From Felis catus (taxonomy: Eukaryota), in the NCBI RefSeq assembly GCF_018350175.1, contig NC_058368.1, forward strand, positions 122,514,001 to 122,578,000: a stretch of DNA of 64,000 nt, written 5' to 3'. The stretch's first letter is position 1. The number at the start of each line of letters is the position of its first letter. A model generated the notes under the pieces. The model saw only the letters and a program-made list of their open reading frames with translations, was not told where the DNA came from and ran no database searches. The translations under genes were made by a program, and so were the position numbers. This document shows positions 50,270 through 61,233 of the stretch, in pieces.

Positions 50270-51990
50270 AGGTTAGCCTCACTCTTAAGGAACAAAGGAG
50301 CCTGTTGTGTTGTGGGGCTGGGGTTGAGGGAAGGAGAAGGCTGCGAGGTGCAGAGGACCGGTGTGGAAGGCAGCGTTCCTAGCAGAGGAAGCAGGTGGGA
50401 GGAAAGGTTAGGGACGGAAGGACCACCTGCACACCAGAGCAGAGGGAGCAGGGAGGGCAGCAGTTTGGGACAAGGTCGTAAGTGCTGGTAGATGTGAGAT
50501 CCCGTGGGAGCCCCCCCTACACACTCCTTAGCACAGAGCAGAGGTGCCAAACCTCAAAGTGAGTATCCTGTGGTCTGACCCACGGGCCTCTGGCTGTGGC
50601 TGTGAACCCGACCTGGAACTGAGCAGCCAGCCAGCAACACCAGCCGTGGGTGTGTGCTGTGCTAGGCCTGCTGCCAGGAGCTGGGGGGAAGGGTCACACA
50701 ACACCTTTCCCCTCCCCCAGCCGGCTCACGGTCTATGGGACACACACCGCCTCCACCCATGTCCTCCCACTGGCTGCCAGAGGAGCCCAACAGTGAGGGG
50801 CGGGCTCTACCACAGAGCCTTCCCTGCCCAGTGTTCACAACCCCGGTGCAGGCACAGGGGCAAAGCTCTTCACGTTTGCAGGTGCTGGCGATTCGGGTGG
50901 GGCCGTCTCTATTTCCGTGTTCCCTGAAAAGCCTCCAGACCATCAACATTTCTTTGGGTGCAGAATCTAAGTCACATTAATGGGAATCAAGAGATGATGT
51001 ACATGGGAGGTTGGGGTTCATTCTGTTCTCTATCAGGCCAAACCTGGCGTGTGGAATTTTACTCCATCCCACGTGACTTTAAACGATCGCTAATAAAGAG
51101 GTAAGAACGGTGGAGGGATTTAAAACGTGGTCATGAAGTAAACAGTGGAGGCTACAGGGATATTGAGACTACACGACAGAGGAGTCGGGAAACACACACA
51201 TGCCCTAAAAGATGTGCACCTCGTTCTGTGCGCGTGCAGGGAGCGGAACAGAAGGAGCTGGTCGACTTTAGGGAGGGAGACTTCCGTCCGGCAGGAAGAA
51301 GCTGGTCCTCACAGACAGGGCTGGTAGCTGCCTCTGGTGGGGAGGCTGGAAGCCTCCCCTGGAAGATGGGTGACCAGTCGGCGGGATCACTGGGGGGTCT
51401 GGGAGAGGGATGGGGTGCTTGCATATGGAATTTCCGTGAGCCTCTCTCTAATGGCCACTGTGGTGTGTGCCCAAACTCCTGCCTCCAGCCCCCAACCTCA
51501 ATATCATGACTCCTTCTGACCCATCCCATGTGCACGCATGACCGTGTGTCTTCTAACAGACAAGGTTGGAACCAGGGCTAAAATTCCACCCCATCCCAAG
51601 GCTGATTTAACCCTGCTCTGTGGAGCCCAAACCTTACTGGAAGGTGACCTTGTGATTGGTGTGGGGGTAGCAGGGGCTGAAAAAAAAACAGGGTTCTGGG
51701 CCTCACCCCTATATCAACTGGAGCTGATTGGTTTGTAAAGTGTAGGTAGGTAGGTAGGTAGGTAGATACATACAGAAGAAATAGGCGTCTGCATATCTGT
51801 TTTTCTATTTCTACCTGTCTATGAAACCAGGGACATCCACAATTTTTTATGTGAACCATACAACTAGATAAAAGAGTTACAAACATTTGGCCTCTAGAGC
51901 AACAATGGAAGAGATGGGACCGGGAGGGGTAGGTGTGGGCTGCTAATTCTCACTGTAAGCCTTAGTTATTTTCTAAAACTATATAACATT

Positions 51991-52204
51991 GGGGCTTCTG
52001 GTTGGCTCAGTCGGTTAAGTGTCCAACTCTTGGTTTTGGCTCAGGTCATGATCTCATGGTTCGTGGGATCAAGCCCCACATTGGGCTCTGGGCTGACAAT
52101 ACAGAACCTCCTTAGGACTCCCTTTCTCTCTCTGCCCCTCCTGTGCTTGTGCATGCATGCTCTCTCTCTCTCAAAATAAATAAACTTTTATAAAAAAAAA
52201 AAAA
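51991..52204 (+). mobile_element. Can-SINE
   Basis: SINE head, (CT)n tract, A-tail. Confidence 0.9.
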
Positions 52205-52512
52205 CCTAAAGATATACATATAAACATTATTTTCAATTATTATAATTTCAAATTATTTTAATTAAAAGTACTATAAACGTGGAGGAAAGTCATTTGAAAA
52301 AAAGGTTTCTTGGGCCAAAAAAAGCTTTGGAAACCCTCAGTTTATAGTACCTTACATCTGTGCAGTTGTCCCTTGGGAAGAGGCCACTGCTGTGAATTTC
52401 CTTGGGAAGGTCTACAGCACACAGAGCCCTCCTCATCTCCTGGGTACCATCCCCGTGCCTGAATGGGGCAAAGCCCCTTCCCCCACCCCCAGGCTCCACC
52501 AGCTGTTCTCAC

Positions 52513-52692
52513 CTTCCTCCGAGCTTTAATACGCTTGTAGACGTAGTCCGAGAACGGGCTGCAGGGGATGAAGCGGCCGGCCCCTTGGGTCACGTGCAGG
52601 TTGCCGTCTTCCAGCATGATCTTGCCCTGGCAGATGACCACCAGAGGAGCCCCACGCAGCTCCAGCCCTTCAAAGATGTTATACTCTGCAGC
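52513..52692 (-). CDS. DPYSL3: DPYSL3 coding exon ([60 protein letters not shown])
   Basis: ctctag acceptor, gtgag donor, 180 bp, phase 0/0. Confidence 0.97.
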
Positions 52693-53164
52693 CTAGAGAC
52701 GGGGGTGAGGGGCAAAGCCACGGTTGTGGGCACAGGATGGGGCGGAGAGGTACGTGGTTTTCCTGTGCTTGGGACCCTGCCTTTGGCATCACTATGGCGA
52801 AAGCACCAGGGAAGCCAGGAAAAGCTTACAACGCCATCTGTGAGCTCTTCATGGGCACAAGCCACCCGGGGGAGACAGTAGAGACTAGACTTGCCAGCAT
52901 CGACAAGCATCAGTCTTTGCTAAGGCCCTCATGCAGAAGTACATTTTGTCACTGGCGGTGCTCAAAGAGAAGCTCGGGAACTCTCGGGGATGCTGTGTTT
53001 GGCACTCTTGTACGGGGTGGGTGAGTAGGTGGGCTGGACGACCCTTAGGTCTCCACTAGCCTGGAAATGAATAATGTGATGTGACTCAATGTCTAAACAA
53101 AGGCCATCCCCTCCCAAGATGGGATTTCTCTCTACTACCTTCATTTATTCAACAAGTGCAAGGC

Positions 53165-53400
53165 ATTACCGTAAAGGGTTAAGGACATCGGCTTGGAGTC
53201 CAGTTGTGGGGTGTGCGTCCTAACTTCACCATTTACTTGCTGCATAAATTATTTAATTTCTCTGCACCTCCTTTTCCTTATCTATAAAACGGGGATGGTA
53301 ACAGTGTCTACCTGTAGAAGACTATTACGGAGATTCTGGGAATTAAAAAAGCACGCTCCACTGCCTGAAATGTAAATGCTTTAAAAATACTAACTCATTT
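53165..53400 (+). mobile_element. MIR (representative; others at about 400-640, 4620-4760, 9000-9230, 10570-11020, 14660-14870, 48440-48540, 56480-56880, 61790-61960)
   Basis: MIR core motifs such as cttatctataaaacggggatggtaa and cccatttcacagagg. Confidence 0.65.
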
Positions 53401-53928
53401 TACTAACAAGGATTAAGCCCTTTCCCTTAGGTACCGGGCTTTAATTATTACCTCCACGTGAAAGTCCTCATGAGGACGGTGTCAGTGCTGTTCAAGTTTT
53501 TCTCTGTTCTTTCTCCTTCTAGGTACGGGGATCGCTGCACTGCCTGCCCTCCTGGGGTGAGGGGAAGCCCAGGACTGGCTGTGGCCGGTGCGGCGTGAGA
53601 GGAAGTGATGGGTACCACTTGTCTAAGGAAAGCTTCCAAGCCAGTTCTCCAGGGACCGCGACCAGGTCGCCAGCCTCAGCCATCACGGACTCGGATATGG
53701 AGACGGTGCCTCCCTGTCTGAGTGACCGAGCTGGGAGGGGCCCTCTGCTGACTCAGCCGGGAGAAATAACCTGCTGAGGCGTTACATCCCTGAGAATTGG
53801 GAGGGTTGGTCACTGCGGCCCATCCTGGCCCAGTTGGCCGGGGGTACCCCACATCTACATGTCTCTCCCGACCGAGTTCCGTGCACACCTTCTCCGTTCT
53901 GCTCCTCTCCCGCCAGCGCGAGCCTTAC

Positions 53929-54099
53929 CGACTGGTGGTTCTTGGCAGAGACGATCTTCACCGCATCTGGATCCCAGATCACCAGGTCGCTGTCAGAACC
54001 CACAGATATTCTTCCCTTGCGGGGATACAGGTTGAAGATCTTGGCGGCATTTGTGCTTGTCACAGCCACAAACTGGTTTTCGTCCATTTTCCCTGTGGC
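53929..54099 (-). CDS. DPYSL3: DPYSL3 coding exon ([57 protein letters not shown])
   Basis: aatag acceptor, gtaagg donor, 171 bp. Amidohydrolase-fold [13 protein letters not shown] and GSDxDLVIWD motifs. Confidence 0.97.
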
Positions 54100-54362
54100 C
54101 TATTGGAATACCAAAAGAAGAAACGTCAGTGCAGGGCTTCTGAGCTCGGGGCAGGGTGATCACAGACGGGCCCCTGAGAAGATGAGCACAGAAGCCGACC
54201 CACAAGCCGAACAGCTGGCTGTGCCTTTCTGGCTGCCAGGCAAAACGGTTAGTTAACACATGGCTACAGGAGGAGGCAGTTAACTGCTCCTGAAGTGTGC
54301 GTTTTTTCCTGGATATGTGCATACAGTTACTTCTTTGCCTTCACATTCCAAAAAGAATTACA

Positions 54363-54604
54363 GGGGCACCTGGGTGGCTCAGTGGGTTAAGTGTCCAACT
54401 TCAGCTCAGGTCATGATCTCACGGTTTGTGAGTTCGAGCCCCACATCGGGCTCTGTGCTGACAGCTCAGAGCCTGGAACCTGCTTTGGATCCTGTGTCTC
54501 CCTCTCTCTGCCCCTCCCCAACTCACTCTCTGTCTCTCACTCTCTGTCGGTCTGTCTCTCTCTCTCAAAAATAAACATTATAAAAGCACAAATGCATTTA
54601 AAAG
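54363..54604 (+). mobile_element. Can-SINE
   Basis: SINE head with TSD aaaaagaatta(c/t)a. Confidence 0.92.
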
Positions 54605-54660
54605 AAAAAGAATTATAAATTTCCCAGTAAAAAGTAATGTGGTTATGAGCCTATTTTTTA

Positions 54661-54886
54661 TTTTTTTTTTAATTTTTTTTTCATCGTTTTTATTTATTTT
54701 TGGGACAGAGAGAGACAGAGCATGAATGGGGGAGGGGCAGAGAGAGAGGGAGACACAGAATCCGGAACAGACTCCAGGCTCCGAGCCATCAGCCCAGAGC
54801 CGGATGCGGGGCTCGAACTCACGGACCGCGAGATCGTGACCTGGCTGAAGTCGGATGCTTAACCGACTGCGCCACCCAGGCGCCCC
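54661..54886 (-). mobile_element. Young CpG-rich Can-SINE (SINEC_Fc type)
   Basis: Perfect 17-bp TSD tatgagcctatttttta (54644-54660, 54888-54904); CpGs largely intact. Confidence 0.95.
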
Positions 54887-55426
54887 ATATGAGCCTATTT
54901 TTTAGATATGTGTTTGTATTTGCATGGTCATAGGATAAATACAGAAGAGCCTCACCCAAATGATAACCATGGTTAACCCTGGGTTCTGGAATTATTGACT
55001 GACTTTTGTTTTCTTTTGTATGTGTGCTTTTCTATGCTTTCCAAGTGCTCTTTAATAAGAGTGTATATGTGGGTAATTAAAATATTATATATATATATAT
55101 ACACATACATACACATATATATATTATTTTTAAGAATTCCACATAGACCAAGAGAACTGTGCATGTATGTTCATAAATACACGACCATGTTTTAAAAAAT
55201 CAAAATCTAACTATGTGAGAGACAAAAATACTTATGCTTTTCCTCCTCACAAAACAAAAAAATTCTGGATACAGTAAAAAGAATTTAGTTTCAAATCTAG
55301 CTTTGAGCTTCCTAGGAGTGAAGACGAGGAGAGAAACTTGGTGGCTTACACTGGGTAGATGAATGAGGCATTAGTTTATATGCAATGCATGTAGCTCAGA
55401 AGTGAGTGGCTTTAGAGATTTAAAAA

Positions 55427-55636
55427 TTTTTTTTAATGTTTTATTTATTTTTGAGACAGGGAGAGACAGAGCATGAACAGAGGAGGGTCAGAGAGAGGGA
55501 GACACAGAATCGGAAACAGGCTCCAGGCTCTGAGCGGTCAGCACAGAGCCCGACGCAGGGCTCGAACTCATGGACCGCGAGATCATGACTTGAGCCGAAG
55601 TCGGCCGCTTAACCGACTGTGCCACCCAGGTGCCCC
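55427..55636 (-). mobile_element. Young Can-SINE
   Basis: CpG-rich, TSD tagagattt(t)aaaa. Confidence 0.92.
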
Positions 55637-55660
55637 TAGAGATTTTAAAATAAGAGAAGT

Positions 55661-55772
55661 GGGGCTCCTGGTTGGCTCAGCTGGTAGAGTATGTGACTCT
55701 TGATCTTGGGGTTGTGAGTTCAAGCCTCACAATGAGTACAGAGATTACTTAAAAATAAAATCTTAAAAAAAA
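55661..55772 (+). mobile_element. Short tRNA-like Can-SINE (head plus A-tail, no CT tract)
   Basis: A-box tggctcagctgg, B-box gttcaagcc, then agattacttaaaaataaaatcttaaaa. Confidence 0.8.
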
Positions 55773-56265
55773 TGAAATAAAAGGAAAAGGAAGTGATCAA
55801 CTTAATAATGAGTTAATTATTAATTTTACTAAAACCTTTGGTCCAGCCTTCATTTGCACAGCTCTTTTGTCAGGCTCTGTTATGTTATTAAGGAAAATAA
55901 AACCAGGCCAATGTCAAAAGACACTGGTGGGCAATCACTTGACAGCCTGGATAACCACACACTCAGTCAAGAGCATCCTTGATGAGCAAGTTGACTTGGG
56001 TCTCTTGGACACAGACCCCCTGCTTACCATTTCAAGGGGTTACATCAGATGAAGGATCTGCATGTTTGCTTCCTAGTTCCCAGTCTAGATAAGGAGATCT
56101 TGTCAAAATCTCAACATTCATCGCTCTAGAAGCAACATTCCTAAACCACCTGAGACACCTGGTTCCAGAAACATCTCAGCAGGCGTGAGCGTTCACCTAA
56201 AAAAGCAGCAACAGCAGGCGATGCTGATCTGGCCCTGGCCCCCATCCCATGATCTTGATCCTTAC

Positions 56266-56407
56266 CACAGCCTTGTCCCAGATGACAGACATCCGCTCTT
56301 CCACACCATTGGTGCCCTCGGGGATGGCTGTGAAGTTGTCCTTCCCAATGGCTTTCTGGGCAGTGCTGAAGGTGCAGTGGGCACTCCCAGAGAGCTGCAG
56401 GTCTCCG
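56266..56407 (-). CDS. DPYSL3: DPYSL3 coding exon ((S)[47 protein letters not shown])
   Basis: ttgcag acceptor, gtaag donor, 142 bp, phase 2/0. Translated by hand. Confidence 0.97.
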
Positions 56408-57082
56408 CTGCAAAGGAAAAAAGCTCCATGTAAACCAGAGAGGTGGCTAGAGTCACCACGGGGGACAAGAGTCGAGTGTCCAATGTCAGCATTTGGAAGC
56501 CAAGACTTGAGTTTAAAATCCTTTCTGTACCTCTTACCAGCTGTGTGAGTGTAAGTGAGTTCTCTCCCTCCCTGGGGCTCAGACAGCCCATCTGGAAAAC
56601 GAGGGGGTTAGATCATCTCTGTGTAACGAAATAAAAGGGACCCAAACAAATGATGCGACTGGTCCTGTATGTCCTCGGGGGGCACTAGCAAACGAGACTC
56701 CCTGTAATTTCGCTTAGGTGCTGTTCAAAGTAGGCAAACGGCCTGACCCTCAGTTGTTTAGCCTGTGAAGTGGAGACGACAGTCCCTCACTCATAGTTAT
56801 CATAAGGAACCATGAGACTATGTGCATAGCCTCACACAGGGCTTGGCACATGATATGTGTAAACCGCTATTCCCATTATTAATATGGCTACGGTTGGTAA
56901 TTTATAAAACACGACAGGGAAGAGCCCGCTGTCTGTGCTCAGGACTGCAGGGGAATTCTCCATGTGTTTTCCTCACTGCAGACCCCAGTCTAGGTGATGG
57001 ATGGGCTGCTCCAGTCCTCATCCCTCCCCTAGCCCCATGATGTTTCTACGTGATACGTGCTGCTTGCCAATCCCACACCAAC

Positions 57083-57239
57083 CTGGCCAGCAAGGAGTTG
57101 ATGTAGTCGGGAGTGGTCGGGTCAGGGCTCAGAGGCGGGGATGTCACAAATGCAGCTGCCTTAGCCCAGTTCTTGCTCCAGTAATGGGTTCCATCTGTGC
57201 CAAGACTGGCAGTGATGGGCTCACCAAAGACCACGTTCC
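57083..57239 (-). CDS. DPYSL3: DPYSL3 coding exon ((G)[51 protein letters not shown])
   Basis: ttgcag acceptor, gttggt donor, 157 bp, phase 1/2; lies in ORF 57046..57372. Confidence 0.97.
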
Positions 57240-58907
57240 CTGCAAGGGTAGGAAACAGGCGGTGGGTTTGCATAACATATGTGCTGCTCCAGGCCTGGGT
57301 CAGGTAATCATAGCCCCTAGCCCTACTCGAGGCTGTGGCTCTGAAAACAGGTAGGCCTGGGTTCAAGTCCATGCACCCACCTTCTCTAAGCCTCTGCTTT
57401 TCTATCTGCTAAACATGAACAATTTTGCATTCCCTAGTTCACAAGAAGCCGTTGGTTATAAGACGCAGCTTTAATTCCCAAACCCTGAGGCAAATTAATA
57501 TTTGAGGCAAAACAAAAAATGTATACTGATTACGAGATTCATCAACATTTCGGAAATATTAAAATGTGGACTAGATCAGTCTTGGAATGATGCATAAGAC
57601 TATGTCTACCTCTCAGGCTTCTGAAAATGAAAGGATTTGACACATACAAAGTATCTGGCACACAGATACTCAGATGCTCAGTGAAAGTGATTTCCTTATG
57701 CTACTGATATTCCTTCCCATGGTAGGGTCCTAAAGCCCCCAACGTGCCTGCATCACTGGGAACTGCTAGATCATGCTTGTTGCAAGGAAATGCTTTGGTT
57801 CCACAAAGTCAAGTCCACTCCCTTGGATAACAGGCTCTCATGATCTTTCCATTGTGCCTCTTACTCCGTAACCTAAAGCAAGGAGTGATCTGCTCAAGGA
57901 CACCCGATAAAACCTGGGACACATCAAAGATGGGGCTCGCTCCTTAGACTCTGTGTCTGGAATTTGGGGATTATTCGCCCAAAACAAGCAGCGGGGAGGA
58001 GGGATACTGGGAAATAAACTGATCTGAGCTGACCTTCTTAAAGAAGAAGGGATAGAGAGACAGAAGGTAAATGCTATCTCATAGAAGGTTGGTTAGTACC
58101 AAGTTTCTCTGTGCCAGAATCTTGGGCAAAAAATGGTCCAAAAAGCCCTGGACTTCACCAGCTTCAGTCCTCCATCTCCCACATTCAAGTTCCTCACAAT
58201 GTCAAAGTTTAGGAAGGCTCTATAGCCAAAATTATAAGTAGGTCTTGCCTTCCTTCAACTCCAATCTATTTGTTTCAGTTCCCTGGAATTTTTTGTCAAA
58301 ATAATTCTAAATATGCTTCTGGTGTCAGTACAAGAGTCAAGATTGATTTGTGATGCCTGCCATGGGCAAAAGAAGGAAGCAATGACAATGATTCATCTAT
58401 GACAGCCCTGCTCTTTGGGATGGCTGGAAAAAGCAGCCACACAAGACTAATGAGAATTTTAAGGGCTCTCTAAAACTATTTACCCAACTAAAGCATACAG
58501 AACCACAAAGAAAGAAAGAAAGACAAAGTCAAGACAAGCCCTCAGGTACTATTAAGAGAAAAACAATCTTTAAAGTAGAAGAACTCTCCCTTTGGACTAT
58601 CTTTAGATGGAAGAGTAGAATAAGAAAAATTGTAATTATAGTTGGGTTTGAACACGAGCTCTCCCGACTGGGAGATCCTGACACACTGTGCTTCAATAAG
58701 AAAAACGGGGATAATAATTTTTCAATCTGAAAAATGGGGATGATAAAGGCTATTTATTTCTCAGGGTTCTTTGACAATTCTACAGAATACTAAATCTGAA
58801 GTATTTATGTCAGTGCAGGGCATACGGCTGGTCCTCATTTAACTGTGGATTCCTAATATTAATTCTGAGCAACCATACAGAGCTACTTAAGAGAACACTG
58901 GTGACTG

Positions 58908-59118
58908 GGGGCACCTGGGTGGCTCACTCAGTTAAGCATCTGACTCTTGATTTCAGCTCAGGTCATGATCTCATGGTTCGTGAGTTCGAGCCCCCCATGG
59001 GGTTCTGGGATGACAGTGCGGACGAACCCTACTTGGGATTCTCTCTCTCTGCCCCTCCCCTGTTTGTGCTTTCTCTCTCTCTCTCTCTCACATAAATAAA
59101 CTTAAAAAAAAAAAAAAA
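58908..59118 (+). mobile_element. Can-SINE
   Basis: SINE head, CT tract, A-tail, degenerate TSD tggt(g/a)actg. Confidence 0.9.
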
Positions 59119-59564
59119 GGAGACGACTTGGTAACTGAATACACTGGGACTTGGGCTCAGGAGGGAAGAGTGAACCCCACTACACTCTCTTCCTGCTCTT
59201 GTACTCTCGACTCCTTCCCCGAGAAGAACAGGTCCTGGGACGTTTACTGGCTTCCACATCAGGAGTCAAGGTTTCAACATGGGAACAAGGCCACCCTGCT
59301 ACCTGGGAGACACAGCTGTACAAGCTCTTTGTGCGAGACCACTATGAGCCAGAAGGCCAAGGGTGAGGAATCTTTCTCCATGCATTTAAAATAAGACCCA
59401 GCAGGTAGCTGAAACACCCTGTCCTCGAGACCCTCGGGCAATCCTGAGAATAGCTCTGAGGGAGGATGTAGCCAGGAGCCAAAGGCCTGAGAGAGGGAGT
59501 GTGGTAGAGAGAGGGAGTCTTGGAGAAATGGTAGAGGTGTTCCCCATGCATTTTGCTTTTTCTT

Positions 59565-59566
<2 letters not shown>

Positions 59567-59596
<30 letters not shown>
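59567..59596. repeat. Poly-T run of about 30 nt
   Basis: Direct reading. Confidence 0.95.
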
Positions 59597-59598
<2 letters not shown>

Positions 59599-61112
59599 CT
59601 TTCTCCAAGAATGGGTAAGGAAGATTGGGCTGCTTTCCTGGTTCTCGCCCAGTGACTCACACCCAGTGGAGCAACCACACCATGTCATGTTGAGACATTT
59701 AAAAGCAGGGGAAGAAAAACAGCAGGCTTACTGTGAGCAGGGTACGGCAGGAGATGCCCCAGAATGTGCTAGCAACAAAGACTGTCTAGACAAGTAGGAA
59801 GGATCCCCCCCCCACCCCGCCCCAGAAGAAAAGGGTGCCCTTTTCCGGAAAGGCAGACGACTGAACACTCAGCCGTCAGAGTCGGTGGGACTATTTTTAG
59901 CTACCCCAGCCACTTACGTGCAGAATTTGGTAGATGAGCCCCCCCAGACTGGCTCTCCATTACAGTGGTAATGATCATACACAGGGGCCTAGTAAATCTT
60001 CTCTCCCAACCAAACACAGGGCCCTACACCTGCAGGCTCTCAACCACACTCTGTTCTCAAGTGAGCCCATTAGAGTGTCACTGGAGACCAGAACAAAGGC
60101 ATAAAAGAAAGCTCTGAAGTGACAGTAAACTTCTGCTTAGCACCAGATGAGCAACAACTGAAGCCCAAGTTAACAGCAATGGAGGAAAGCAGCCCAAGTC
60201 AGAAGGAGGTGGGGACAAAGCCCTGGGGCATGAAGGGCATAGAAGCCCTGGGGCATGAAGGGCCACTAGGTGTGCTTTAGAGGCCCATTCAGCCCCTTTC
60301 CCAAAATGACCTGTGCTAATCTGTATGGCTCAGGTGGTGGGACCCTGCCCCTGCACTCTGCCCTCAACCCTGGACAATCAATCACACCATCCCCAGAGCA
60401 GATACTGATTCAGGAACGGGCCGATGACCCAAGCCAAGGCAATCACAGTTCTCCTGGGCACTCTGGCTTGAGCTATTGGAAAAAATAGACTCTACTTCCT
60501 CATTATGCACCCCCTGTCAAGTGTGGAGGACAACAGGTGCCTCTTAACATTTATTCTTGTCACTGTTCACACTAAATAAAAAGCCAACAGAGAGGAAAGC
60601 AGAGGCAAGAGAGGAGGAACAGTGATAGAGCCCCAAATCACTGTTTAAACCCCTTGATCCAGCTATGCCTGAAACACTCCCAACCAATAATTTACTTTTG
60701 TTTGTTTAAGTCCATTTGAGTTGGATCTTTTACTTCTGCCCCCAGTATAATCTTGACTAGCATGTCCGTTTATAAAGCTCAGATAACATGAACTGACAAT
60801 GAAGGATCAAAGGGAGGGAGAAAGATGCACCAAGTCTCAAAGAAGTGATTGAAGCTGTCCTATCTTGGACAAAGCACTCACCCTTCCTAAGCCTAGTTAA
60901 CTCATCTGACAAGCAGGAGCAATGCCAGGGGCCTGCCATCCACCCGGGATGCCAAAAAGATCACCCAGGCTAACTCGGAGGAAGGGTTTCCCAGACAGCG
61001 CGGCAATGAGCAAAACAGGCACCGTTTGTACAGAACAGCAGGGGAGCTGGGGCGGAGGGGAGGTGGAGGGGAGCCACATGACTGGTTCCGAGCTCTTGGG
61101 AACACCAATCAC

Positions 61113-61233
61113 CTTTTTTCCTGGCTTGGGAGATGATGTCAGCCGCACTCTTGCTCATGACCTTTGTGACGTAGAGTGGACAGTTGGTTTGGCTGGCGAT
61201 GGTGATGGCACGGAACACAGCCTCAGCTTCCAG
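61113..61233 (-). CDS. DPYSL3: DPYSL3 coding exon ([40 protein letters not shown])
   Basis: tttttgcag acceptor, gtgatt donor, 121 bp, phase 0/1. Further upstream exons lie beyond the window end. Confidence 0.97.

Noticed and set aside
52402..54256. Long + strand ORFs antisense to DPYSL3 exons (also 49504-49899, 60922-61308)
   Set aside because: Shadow ORFs caused by GC-rich codon usage on the opposite strand.
55661..55740. tRNA-like sequence with A and B boxes
   Set aside because: Degenerate stems and an A-rich SINE tail; this is a short Can-SINE, not a tRNA gene.
59274..59797. Poly-Lys and poly-Phe ORFs
   Set aside because: Artefacts of the poly-T run at 59567-59596.
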